The position numbers were made by a program, and so were the translations under genes. DNA of 61,249 nt, counting the filler, from Basidioascus undulatus (taxonomy: Eukaryota): the NCBI GenBank assembly GCA_000826855.1. It is 3 parts of 3 records of this genome, joined end to end, with 100 filler letters (N's around TTAATTAATTAA, not from the genome) between each part and the next. Parts side by side here need not be neighbours in the genome. Positions count along the whole stretch, not along the records: positions 20,526 to 40,837 come from JTLS01000376.1; 2 more parts are not named here. One strand, 5' to 3'. A model generated the notes under the pieces. It was not told where the DNA came from. It worked only from the letters and a program-made list of their open reading frames with translations, and made no database searches. The stretch's first letter is position 1. Each line of letters starts with the position of its first letter. Of the stretch, positions 23,555-35,279 are shown piece after piece.

Positions 23555-24045
23555 GCGAGACGCGCCCCATTGGGCACCCTTACTTCATTTACTCGTTGGG
23601 TGTTGACACCTACCCGTGGGGCGGTGATGGAAGGAGGGGGCTCGGCATGCCTCGCGTTGGTACTCGGGACACAGGGCGCGCACTATGGTGTGCCCTTACT
23701 TTAACTCGCCGAACGTTAGGGCTACCCGTGGGACACGAATGGAGGGAGGGGAGGTTGGTATACCCTGTGTCGCTACCTGAGGTGCGAGACGTGCCCTATT
23801 GGGCGCCCTTACTTCATCGACGCATTAGGTGTTGGTGTCACTCGTGGGACAGCAACGGAGGGGAGGGACTTAACGGGTCTTGGGTTGGTGCTCGTGGTGC
23901 GGGACACGCCCTGAGGGGCGCCCTTACTTTGGGGGTGACGGGGAGTGCACAACTAGGGGGTTGTGCGGGCATGGATGCACTTGGAAAGCTCGAAGCGTGG
24001 GCACACCCGGACATCGCGCTTATCCCACTAGGGTCGCGCCTTACA
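23555..24045. repeat. Degenerate tandem repeat with about 115-bp period (core CCCTTACTT), 4-5 copies
   Basis: Cores start at 23577, 23693, 23806 and 23921, with a partial one near 24038; copies 1/3 and 2/4 are pairwise more similar. Confidence 0.8.
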
Positions 24046-24698
24046 GCAGGGACCGGCAAGTCAGTGGTAGTCACGTACGACCCCTCAATCCTCGAGCTGT
24101 TGAACTCGAGTAGCGACGTGGCCGCCTTCGATAGTGTCGTGGCAGCGAAGTGGCATGCAAGGGCACTACTGCCCCCGGGGATGACTAACGGGCGAGCTTT
24201 GCAGGCTCATCCTTGCCTGCGACGGCTACTCGTTGAGGTCCTCCAACTTCCCTAAGGTAGACGACTCTGCGGTAGTGGCCGCGTGGAGGAAGATAGGGAC
24301 ACTCAGTAAGGTACTGACTTTCGCCCACGTGGTTTTGGTGCTCGCCTGGCCCATTCCCGCTCCTGTATCCCTTCCTCTCGCCCGCTAGCAGCCCTCCTCG
24401 CTCCTGTACTCTACTCCTCCTGTTGCCCATTAGCGGCGTCGCAAGCAGAGCTCTTAACGCCTAACCTAGCCACTTCGACGACGCCGCTCCCTCACGCAGA
24501 CAATAATCTCGCGTGCACACCGAGGCCCTGAGCCTCTGCGTCGACTTACCAATGACACCTTGCCACCTTCTTGGCTCGTCCTGGAGGGCTTTCTTCCTTT
24601 CGCTCAAGTTTTTCACTTCGCCTCTCCCCCCCTCTCTCTCCCGCATGTACTCGCAGCCTGCCAGCGGCGTTGACCATAGAGCTCTTAATGCCTAACGC

Positions 24699-26529
24699 TC
24701 AACCCAGCACCATCCTCTCCACCACCCCCCACGCCCGCTCGCCCGCCTCCGCCTGAAACTCCGCCACCTTGCTCACTACATCGGCCCAGTTAGCCGCCGC
24801 GGGCGTGATCTTGCCCAAAACCACGGGCAAGCGCGAGTCGACGTGCTGAGGCACGATGACGGTCCGGCCGAGGACGCACTCGGCGCCGAGGAGGGCGAAC
24901 GAGATGGCTTCTTTGGCGGATGAGGGGATGCCAAGTTCTGTGTGCGAGGAGGGAGGGGCAGGGTGATTGAGATGAGCGAGGTTAAAGGAGAGAGTGCGGA
25001 TGAAGGACCGTCAAGCTGGGCGATGCGCGTGCCCGGCAGTTGGGAGGCGATGTAGTCGACCAGAGCGGGGTTGAATCCGCCACCGCCGCAGAGGTACTGC
25101 ATAGCCCCAACTCCAAATCAGTCCCGATTCGCTCCTGACCCCCTCGTCACGGTCGACCTAGTCACAGCCGGGAAAAAGAAAGCAGGAGGGAAAAAAACGC
25201 ACGAGCTCGTCTAGCGCCGGATGGCTGGGCAACGTCTCATGCGGAGGCAAATACCGGAGGTAGGCCTCGTGGATAGACTGCGCTGTGATCCGGGTTAGAG
25301 TTGCGACGATGTCTTCCTTGGCCAGGCCCTTAGCGAGCCCGCGCTGGATGAGCTGGTGCGCGAAGGCGTCACCGAAGAGTTCGCGGCCTACGATGGTTAG
25401 GGTTGTCGTCAGTCGCAAACGATGGGAGAAGAGGGCACGACTTGGACGCACCAGTCGTCTTCGGCAGCTTACCCGAGAAGTACTCCATCCCCAGCACCTC
25501 CTTTACCATCTCCTCATCCACCTTTCCCTTCTTGGCCCACTCGCCGTCGCGGTCGTACTGCATTTGGCCGTTGGTGAAGTACCGCATGGCGGCATCCATC
25601 CAGACGTTGCCCGGTCCCGTGTCGAACTCGAACACGTCGAGGGGCGAGGAGGAGGGCACGTAGGAGACATTGCCGATGCCGCCGCTGGTTGGGTTGGCAT
25701 ACAAGGTTGATCAGTAGAGAGAGCAAGGAAAGCACGTTGGAAAGGTGGAAGACGGGCCAGACGCACATGTTTTGGATCCCCCGGCTGAGGGTATCGTGCC
25801 GTGCGAGGAGGGCGTCCATGAACGCGACAAGCGGAGCGCCGTGGCGGCCTGCGGAGACTTCGCCCGTGCGGAAGTCTGACACAACGGTTCGGCCGAGGGC
25901 GATGCTGAGCTCTGTCGATTCCTGTGCCACACGTACAAATCACAAAGAAAACACGCGGTGAGCAAAAACGCACGCATCCAAGGAGGACGGAGGGGAGAAG
26001 GAGAAAAGCGAGCAGAACGAACCATCATCTGGAGCGTCGACCGGAGCTGGTCGCCCTGCGGAAGCGGAATGTGCCACATCGTCTGGCCGTGCGAGGCGAC
26101 GATGTCGACGTCTGCCCAGTCGATATTCTGGGAGGCGGCGAATGCGAGGGCGGCACTGGCGAAGACCTGCCGGTGCGCAGAGTGAAGTGAGGTTAGCATG
26201 AGCAGCAGGATGAGGCGCACCTTCCCGATCAAGGAGCCCATCTGCGAAGTAGCAGGATGAGATCAAGACACACACTGTGCGGTATCCCTGGACGAGAAGC
26301 GCAAGCTGGAACGCACCTGGCAAACCTCCTCCAAGCTCGTCTGGTTGCTCTCAATCATACTGAGGATCCGCTGCTTCGCCTCCTGCGGCACCGGTTGCTC
26401 AGCGTACTTGAGCAGTTTAAACTCGAGCGGGGACGAGGGCGAGGCCTGCTTGATGGAGCAGAAGGCGCAGTCGATGCCGTCGACCGAGGTGCCGCAGTTG
26501 AGGCCGAGGACGGTGAGTTGGAGAGGCAT
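24699..26529 (-). CDS. Anhydro-sugar kinase of the AnmK/levoglucosan kinase family; 8 exons
   Basis: Spliced motifs [66 protein letters not shown] and VLGKITP. Confidence 0.93.
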
Positions 26530-27371
26530 GAGGATGGCAGATTACTGTAGCTAGTGGGGATGGTGATTGGTGCAAGAAAAAGTGCGAACCCAGCAAGAAA
26601 AAGTGCGAACCCAGCAAGAAAAAGGGCAGGTATGAAGCGGAGATGACTGGCGGCAAAGCGACCCGTCTTGGCCGAGTTAATCAACCTGGCACCCGGACAC
26701 CGGACGCTACACGAGTTCCCGGCCCGACACACCGCCCGCTTTGCCACCACCAATTGGAAACCGGAAGATAAGTGCGGTATAAGCGGCGAGAGCGCAGGTG
26801 AGCAGTGGCAGAAAGGGGTATAGGAGATCAGGGGGGTTGGGTGGCGCGACGACGCCGTCGACATGTCGGGGAATAAGCGTTGGGAGGTTGACAGCCCGGC
26901 TGGAGAGATGATGGTCGCGGAAAACTAGGCGCGAGGGCGCCCTCCGCGCTGGCACTCGAGACAGCGTAGCCAGCCGGCAAGCCGGGCTGCCGGGCCGCTG
27001 TCGATCGATGGAATGCTCTCATCAACTGCCCCCTGGCGAGCATACGTCTCACAAACCGCGGCGCGCTGGCTAAAGCGGCGACTCTGCCGGTCGCTGTTCT
27101 GCTCAGTTTACCCAGTATGCGTGTCTCCTCCTCGCCACGGAGCACGAGTGCCTTATCGGCGGGCCGACAATCTCCCCCCTCCTCTCTATCTAGACTCCAC
27201 TCCTTAAAGTCCCCTCTTCCCGTTCTGCTTGCCCACGCACCGCACCGCTTACCCGCGCCTGCGCACACGACCTCGCCACGCTCCCTGCTCCCCTCGGACA
27301 GACTTCGTCTTTCTCTTACATTCAATCCACCACTAGATCACCTCAGTATTCCCCCAGACCCCTTCGACACC
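26530..27371. promoter_or_regulatory. Bidirectional promoter between the kinase and the transporter
   Basis: Divergent ATGs at 26529 and 27372; many CGG/CCG triplets; includes a 21-bp tandem repeat. Confidence 0.7.
26572..26624. repeat. 21-bp tandem repeat GCAAGAAAAAGTGCGAACCCA x2.5 in the kinase leader
   Basis: Read directly from the sequence. Confidence 0.9.
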
Positions 27372-30005
27372 ATGGGCATGGACGCTATCCGCAACAGCTG
27401 GAGGACGTAAGTCTCTTTGCTGACCAGTTACGGTGACTTTATCATCTCACCACCTCGCCCTCTCGCGCTCTCATTCTCTCTCACACAGGCCGATTTGGCA
27501 GAGCTTGCTCGTAGGCATGGTCCTTTTCTGCTGTCCGGGTAACTTTCTAACCCATCATCTACGTTTCCTCGTACGGCTACCTAACCTCCTCCACCCCGCG
27601 TAAAAAAGGCATGTTCAACGCAATTGTAGGGTGCATTTCACCTCCGGTCTATGCGCCGGACCCTCCCTTCTAATCACTGTCGTTCAACGCGACAACCAGA
27701 ACGGAATGGGTGCACATCCTTCACTTCGAATTTTCCCCCGAAACATCTCTGATCCTATCCGCGCCCCCATGCACCCCCACGCACTCCACAGGCGCTGGTG
27801 GCTCCGCAGCCTCCAACACCTCGCTCGTCGCCAAGGGCAACAGCGCGCTCTATGCGTGCTTTGCGATCGTCGGCCTGTTTTCGGGCTCGGTTGTGAACAC
27901 GGTCGGGCCGAGGATTTGTCTTAGCCTGTACGTGTTTTGGCCGTGTCACACTCTAACCTTCTCGATCGTGGCGTTGCAGACGCAATGCTGACGTGTGGAT
28001 GGTATTGGATTGGTCGGCAGCGGCGGATTCGGCTACGCGCTCTACATTGGCAGCCTGTGGTCGCTCGACCGGGGCGGGCCGCAGGGCTTCGTCATTGGCG
28101 CCGGTGCGGTGCTTGGTGTCACAGCTGCATTGCTTTGTGAGTTGATGTTTAGCTACGCTTGATGAAGAAGTGAGCCTGATAATTCTGACTTTCGTTCTGC
28201 TTCGGGTGAAAGGGTGCGCCCAAGGTGTTGTTGTGATGGCCTACCCGACCGAGAAGGAGCGCTCGCGCCACTTTGCCTACCAGGTGCGCGCTACTGTTCA
28301 TTGCCCTTCCCCCCTTTTCCGGTCTCTTTTCAAGCCCCTGAAGCTGAGGGATCACCCGCGCCACAGTGGTCCATGCTCGGCGTGGGTGCCGCGATCGGCG
28401 GCCTGATCCCTCTCGCGCAGACAGTGCGGTCGGGTGGGACGGACGCGGTGAGTACATCGTCGTACATCGCGTTCTTCATTATTGTGTGCATCGGTGCGTC
28501 CTTTCTTTTCCACTCACCCACGCCACTCCGTGCACGTCGGCTCATATCCCTTTTTCATCGTTTCTTGTCTGGATCAGGCATCGCGCTCTCCTTCCTGCTC
28601 TCCAACCCAACCGATGTCCACCGCAAGGACGGCACCCCGGTCCAGGTCGCGGCGAGCCTGGCGTTCAGGGACGAGATTGTCAACATCTTCAGGCTGCTCA
28701 AGGACAAGAAGATCCTCCTGCTCACACCCTCGTTTTTGGCATCCAACTGGGTGAGTTCTGTGGCACGCTTACTTTCGTGCAGGCGACTGAGTGGATGTGG
28801 GCGCTGACATGGTGGTGTTGGGATGGTAGTTCTATGCGTACCAGTTCGGCATGAACGGCTTCTACTTTTCACTCCGATCGCGCAGTCTCAACTCGATGAT
28901 GTACTGGTGCGTGTGACCCCTTTCCCTTCCACTCTTCCGCTCCGAGTCAAAGGTTAGTTGAGTTACGTTCTCTGACCTTTCCTCGGCTCTTGGCTGTACA
29001 AACCAAAGGCTCACCCAGGTTGTCGGCACCTTCGGCATATCCGCCATCCTCGACTACAAGAACCTCCGTCGGCGGACTCGCGGTCTGATCGGGCTTGGGT
29101 GCGTTTGCATTCCCCTTCCTTTGCTTTTCGCTTTGGCGATCTATACTCATTCTCACTCTGCGCCGCCTGCACAGCGTCGTCACCACCTTTGTGACTGTCA
29201 CCTGGTGCGGCGGCCTCGCATTTCAGCTCACCTTCACGCGCGAAACGCCCTCGCCTCAGAAGGACTGGGCAGATGAGGGCTGGGCGGGCCCGTTCGTGCT
29301 TTACTTTAGTGAGTTCTGCCCTGTCGCTCGAGGCGATCATCCCCTGGAGAGGATATAAACTAACCCTATGACTAACTTGTAACTTTCAGTGTACGGAATG
29401 GCGGACGCGATGTTCCAATCTTACTGCTACTGGTAAGGATCTCTGCCTCTGTATGGCCTTAGCTTCGAGTCGGCCGACCTTCCCCTCTTCCACGACCAGG
29501 ATCATGTCAGCGTGCACCAATGACCCTCAGCGCCTCGCGCGCTACGGCGGTTGGTATAAAGGCATTCAGTCTGTACGTTTAACGCTCTCGTTGCCTCGCC
29601 GGATTCCGTGCTTACCCACGCATCCGAAATTACAGGCTGGCGCCGCCGTCAGCTTCGGCATCAATGCCGTCCAGATCCCCTTCATAGCCGAGTACGTCCC
29701 TTTTTCCTCCTCTCCACCCTCTTCCGTCCCTCTCATGTGCACCTCCACTCAAACGTTCTCCTCTCCCCGGCCGGTCCGTCAGGCTTGGAATCTGTTTCGG
29801 CCTTCAAGTCGCCTCCATCCCCCTTATGCTCATTGTCGCTCTCGGCGTCACCGACACGAACTACGGCCTCGAGGACCTCGTCGTTCCGCCCTCGGATCTT
29901 GTTGAGGCCGCTGGCAAGGCCGCGGTGTACAATTCGAACGCGACTTTGAGCTGCGAGATTGAAGAGGACGACACAAAGGAGAAGATCGGGCTTAGGGCGT
30001 CGTGA
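27372..30005 (+). CDS. NGT1: UNC-93-like (DUF895) MFS transporter, NGT1/NOPE1-like putative GlcNAc-type transporter; about 16 exons
   Basis: FCCP|GMFNAI|NGM|GAGG, GYALYIGS, CAQG..MAYP.E, FLASNW|FYAYQF, QSYCYW|IM...ND...LARYGGWYKGIQS|AGAAVSF. The substrate is inferred from family and neighbours. Confidence 0.85.
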
Positions 30006-31227
30006 GGGTCGTGACGGTCGTTTGAGGGGTTGTTTGATGACGGATGTCTCGAGATTGCCTCTTTGAGGATAAAATGCATTTCGATTTGGATAATAAGTAC
30101 CATATTCAGATTTATGGAAGTGAGATTAACAGGCAAAGTGAGCAAGCCAAATTGGGAAGGGAATTCGGCAGGAGGACCACACAGCAGGAAAGAGGTAGCC
30201 TTCTCGGATCACCGCATGCTGACACGCCGAGTTCCAACCGCTCCCTCGACCTCACCTCCAGTCATCTCCACGGCTCATACGCCCCCATTTCCGTCTTACC
30301 CTCTACGTGACCACAGCACTAGCTTCTTCACCTAGGCCCCCACTTCCATCGAGCGCCCCAGCGAAGCGGGCGTCGTTCCTACTCGGCGCGCCGGACGTGG
30401 GGAAGAAGGCGCTTGCCCCTAGGCGGACAAATGAAGTGAACTTAAACGTAATGTCAGACAGGCTCAATCACCATAAGCAGCGGCCGATGTTACGCACACA
30501 AGTCTGCAGCAGCAGCGCAGAGACATTTCCGTGTCGAGGGGAACTGGGTCTGAGCCAGAAACTGCGCTACTGGTCGGAGTTCGACTGGTAATGGCCTTGG
30601 ATATTGTCATTGATATGGCTGGATGAAACCTGGCGAAGCTGCACTGAATGGCGGCGACAGGTAGAAGGCGTACAAGAGGTAGGTGCCTCCTGTTTTCCCG
30701 GTTCGGCTAGCCACCGGACACCCTGCTCATTCTGCGGCCTCAAGGCATCAACGCACTGCGCCAAAAAAAATCGCAGCCGCCGGCCTCACTTACGACTGCA
30801 ATTCCTCGCATTGTCGCACTCACAGTCTTGTGTACAGTCCACTTGCGTTGCACTGGCGCCAAAGTTCGAACTTCGAACTCTATTACACTCGCACGGCTTT
30901 GCAAAGACGGGATCGACAGCTGGACGTCTGTGAGAACTAGTGTAGACTGCGGCTGGTTGACCCGAACGGCCATGACAGATTCGCGCCAATCAGCGCAAGT
31001 GCACGAGGTCACCACTGCACATCCCGTCGTTGGCTTGCCTCGTCGTCTGTCCCTCGTTGGCTGTTCCGCCTCGGCTGTTTCTTTGCCAGACATTCTCGAG
31101 TATGTATACCGATTCTCCCCATTTTATAGACAAGGCGGAAGCACATAGCGGCTAAAGTACAATAGGCTTGGCCACATCAGCGCGCGTATGATGAAGAGGG
31201 GGAAGAATGGAACACTCGGAACAGTGC

Positions 31228-33725
31228 TCATTGTGAATGGACATGCGGAGGCTGAGGAGAATTACTGGATGTTCGGATGGCAGATAGATCCGCTCAGCCG
31301 GGTGAAGAGCGAGGGCGAGCTAAGCAGGGCTCACAAAAGGGCATCTAGGAAGGCAGGAGGCCACTGCATGGGAACCTCGGCGTTCGCTTCGACCGACGGG
31401 CGAGCCTCGTTTTGCGCGGCTTGTCCTCCCTGCTGGGGCCAAGAGAAGAGGCCAAGCAAGTTTGAGACGTCGAGCGAGTGTGGGTTGAGCTTCGGCGGGA
31501 AGACCGCAGTCGTTCCTCTGGGTGCAGAGGGGGCGGATGGAAAATCAAAATCAAACGGGGCAACTGAGGGGACCACGACGTTGATGTCGGTCCCGATAGG
31601 CGCGCAAGTCGACCGAGAAGGCAAGAGCGGACGGAGCCGGGCGATAAGTCTCCCCCAGACGTCGTGCATCGATCTTGGCTGCTGCTGAATCAAGTCGAAG
31701 AGCTGCGTGCAGAGATCTAGGCGAGCTGTCGGTGTGCGAGAATTCCACTTGCGTGCGTAAGGGGGCAGGCAAAATCGACCGCGAAGGAGTCTGTGAGCAC
31801 ACTTACATTGGTCTTCGCCGCCTCCGAAGTTTTCCAACAGTCGTTGTACCGCGAGTTCTACCATCTGTTTGAGAAAGACTGGTGAGACGAGCACAGGAGA
31901 GGGAATGCTCATGAGGCAACGGCAACCTACCTCGGTCCAGAAAGGCGTGGGCGAACGGAATGCGAAGCTTACTTCCTCGTCGTGGACCACACTGCGTACT
32001 AGCGCGAAGGCGGCGTCGAAGCCTGCGGGAGATGCTGCGTAGCCGGTCCCGCCGACGACGATGCTGAGGAACAGGCGGAAACCTTGATAGTAGAGGAGCA
32101 GGACCTTCATTGGCCAGGTACCGGTGGAAGAGCCTGTTGGGCCGCAATTCAGCAGCGGTCGTGAGCGGAAGAAGGTAACAAGAAAGATAAAGGCTCACCG
32201 GACAGCTTGCAGGTCGACCGTGCGAACCAAGCGTCAGCGTCCACGGCCGCCGAGTTGACGGCGATGACGTCTCCCTCTTCAGCCCCTCCGATCCCTGCGT
32301 CCGACACGTTACGCAGACGACGCTGAGCGCCTCGGAGGCAAGCGCTCGAGAGTCGCTGAAGCGTGAAACTCGCGAGCATAGACAGCTCTGCGAGCGCCGA
32401 GGTGAGGCCGGACGCTCGTTGGAGAGGCAGCCGGTCGGAAGGAGCGAAGACCTCAGGAGTGGGTGCGGTGCAAGATAACATGCTGTAATGCGTGTCGACG
32501 ATCTGAGGTGAAATGAAGTCAATGACTGTCGCGATCTCAAATAGCTGGGGCTAGCCCACAAAACGCACGAGGATGAGACTTGCTGCAGCCCTTAGCTCGT
32601 CGCTCGTTCCCAGCAGCATCAAGTCCGCCGCAACCCTTCGCGCCATCGAGCACAGTCCCGACCCGCGACCGTTTCCGACGAGGTCTTTGCCGCCCTCGAG
32701 AAACGCGGCCCCAACGCATAGCCCTATGAGGTCGTCGATCGAGGACGCGTGCGCGCCGCCGGTCCTCGGGTGGATGAGCTGAAGGCAGGCGGCGTCGAAG
32801 AGGGTGACGCAGCGCGGATGTAGCGCTTGTAACGATGGCTCAGGGTGGTGAATAGATGCGGCAGCGAAGACGGACGCGAGCAGGAGAGGCGATTTTGCAG
32901 AGGGGCGAGGTATTGAGTAGCCGAAGAAAAATGGGGCGAGCGAAGCGTAAAAACTGGCAAATGCATTGAGCTCATGCGTGCTGCCGAGTCATAAATAAAT
33001 GTCTCTTACAAATCTACGAGAGAATCCAGCTCATTAGGCGCGAGCCTCGCTTCCCCTGCAAAATGGCGCTGCCAGTCGGCCTCAGGCTGTCGCCCTCCAG
33101 CGACGGACGGGTCCATGGCGGACACGTCAGAAGGTGTACGCTTCATTAGCGGGTAAGACGACTCGCAAGCGCTCGAAGGCTCGAAGCACATCTCGGCGGT
33201 CGTCATGGAGGAGTTTGAGTGAGATGGGGAGTTTCGGGGCCGGGTGTACGGAGACGGTGGTTCGCGCGCCGCGAGTGCGCTGACAACCGACTCGACGGCG
33301 GTGGTAAGGCGTTCTAGCCTACTTTCGACCTGTTAGGTGAAATAAATGAGTCTCTCTGCTTTGCGGAAGCAGGTTAGGCGCACATTGGACTGCCAAGCAG
33401 TGTCATACGAGGTGGCGGCCTGTGAAATTTGCAGGCGTAAGATTAGCCAGCCGAGACTGTCACAAGTGCAGCGAAACTAATTTTCGCCACTGACATTCGA
33501 TCGCTCACGAAAGAGACACTCTGCCCCATTGGTCTGGCACCTCTCGCACGGCGGGTTATCACCGCCGATGCATCTGGCTTTCTGTTTACGGCAGTTCACT
33601 GGGTGGATCGTCAGCAGTAGGCGCCCGGAAACACTGCGTCAGACGACAAACACACAGCACGCGCGCGAGATCCGCGCTGAGCCTTTGCGCTTCTTGCTCC
33701 CGGAGTCTGATTCATCGAGGTCCAT
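31228..33725 (-). CDS. Zn(II)2Cys6 transcription factor with a fungal middle-homology region
   Basis: Spliced N-terminus MDLDESDSGSKKRKGSARISRAC|LNCRKQKARCIGGDNPPCERCQTNGAECLF, then a coiled coil (VESRLERL), SPLLLASV and SIDDLIGLCVGAAFL. The last exon is less certain. Confidence 0.88.
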
Positions 33726-35279
33726 AAGAGATTGCGAGAGAGCGTGAGGTGGACGAGCCTGTTAAAGAGCTCAAGACGATGAGGGTCAGGACCTGGAAAA
33801 CGAAGGCCCACGGCGGCCCCAACCGCTTGTAGGGCCGCGCGGCCCGACGGGTCATGAGATATCCCGGGCTTGGGTGTGCCTCTCGGAAGTTGCGCGGCAG
33901 GTTATTTGCATGTTATCCCGTGTGTGAGACAACCTTGAAGAGACAGGCGACAGGTTCAGCGGGCAAATCTCCGGTTTGCCGCATGGACGACGGCTAGAGA
34001 CGGCAATGCACCGTCCGTTTATCATGCTGATACCGCTAAGCGTCCTTGGCTCGGCACACTGGACGGGCGATTGAAGCACACAGGGGACATCTCCCAAAAC
34101 CCAAAATCTGGGGTTATCTTTCCTTCAAGGGAGGATACCCGATGTTGCGTGCGCGAGCCGAAAGAGTCCAACTTCCCCTTGAGAGCGACTCGACGCAGTC
34201 TTCTCGTCTGGAGACTTTGCCTATGGCGTCGATGGTGTGCTGCTCGAAGCTGGTCAATGTTTTTCGCTCATCACCCGCAGCCGCCATCTCACCCGATTTC
34301 CACAGCGCTCACGGGGCACGCGACAGGCTCTGTGGCTTCGTAGCGAATGCTCAGCCTGGCTCTCTTGCAAAATGACGCCCGAGAATTAAACTCAGAGAAC
34401 ACTCTGGTAAAGATGATTTAAGAGGCGTCCTACTTCCTCGAATGAGGATGCAAGTCATTACGGCGCAGATATCGCCGGCATCGGGGAGCGAGAATGGGAA
34501 GAGAACTGATCGTCCCGAAGGAGCCTCGGCTTCTACCCCCGTTAGAGACTCCACCGACCCGCATCGACAAATAATTTCACATGGACTGATGAGATACTAT
34601 GTTCGAAAGTGGCTGGCCATCGGACGAGCAGCTCATTGTGAGCTGCTGCCCTCGAGCGAGCTATACTGCGTTCGTCTTCCATGCACTTGCCTTCCATCGC
34701 TCTTTGACACGTTCTTGAGATACCAACACATGCTGCTGGCTACTCTGCTCCACACTCATCGCTGCGCGCAGAGGGTCCTCCCACTGATCGCTTTCGTCGT
34801 TCGTATTCGACAAGCTGCAGCGCGCCTCTTTATGGTCACTTTACGATCCCTATCACAGCCTTATTGAGCATTCTCATAACCCTCTGAGCACTTCGGCGGA
34901 GTTCAGCATTTGCTTTTCACAAGACCCTTTCCAATGTTAGCGTCCGATCATTCTGTCGTTCATGGTACGCACCAGCTGAATGAGGCTCCGAGATGTAGTG
35001 CGGAGACTTGATTGCCCTCATGCCCACCAGCGGGGCTGCGAGACCGACATCCACTCCTAACGTTAGGCGATATTGTGAGAGACACAGTTAGCCAAGCGCA
35101 GCGGGAGAAGCGTTGTGTGATTTCCAGGCGGTGAGGTCCGAGCGTTCGACCTCTGACACCTTTCGTAACCAACGCGTCGCAGAGGCCAACGGAAATTGCA
35201 AAAGGCAGCAGAGTCGCAGAGGCAGGCTGAGTGTTGTAGAGAAGCGCGCATGCATGTCTATTGAAAGATTCAAGTGGGA

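Noticed and set aside
23555..24045. CRISPR-like array
   Set aside because: Eukaryotic context, degenerate repeats, mutually similar 'spacers' and no cas genes.
23473..24255. 260-aa protein-coding gene
   Set aside because: It has a non-ATG start, overlaps a repeat whose period is not a multiple of three, and shows no family motif.
30006..35279. MurQ etherase or GlcNAc hexokinase hidden in the cluster gaps (30006-31227, 33726-35279)
   Set aside because: No SIS-domain or hexokinase motifs were recognised, and the short ORFs there look spurious. A tBLASTn search would settle it.
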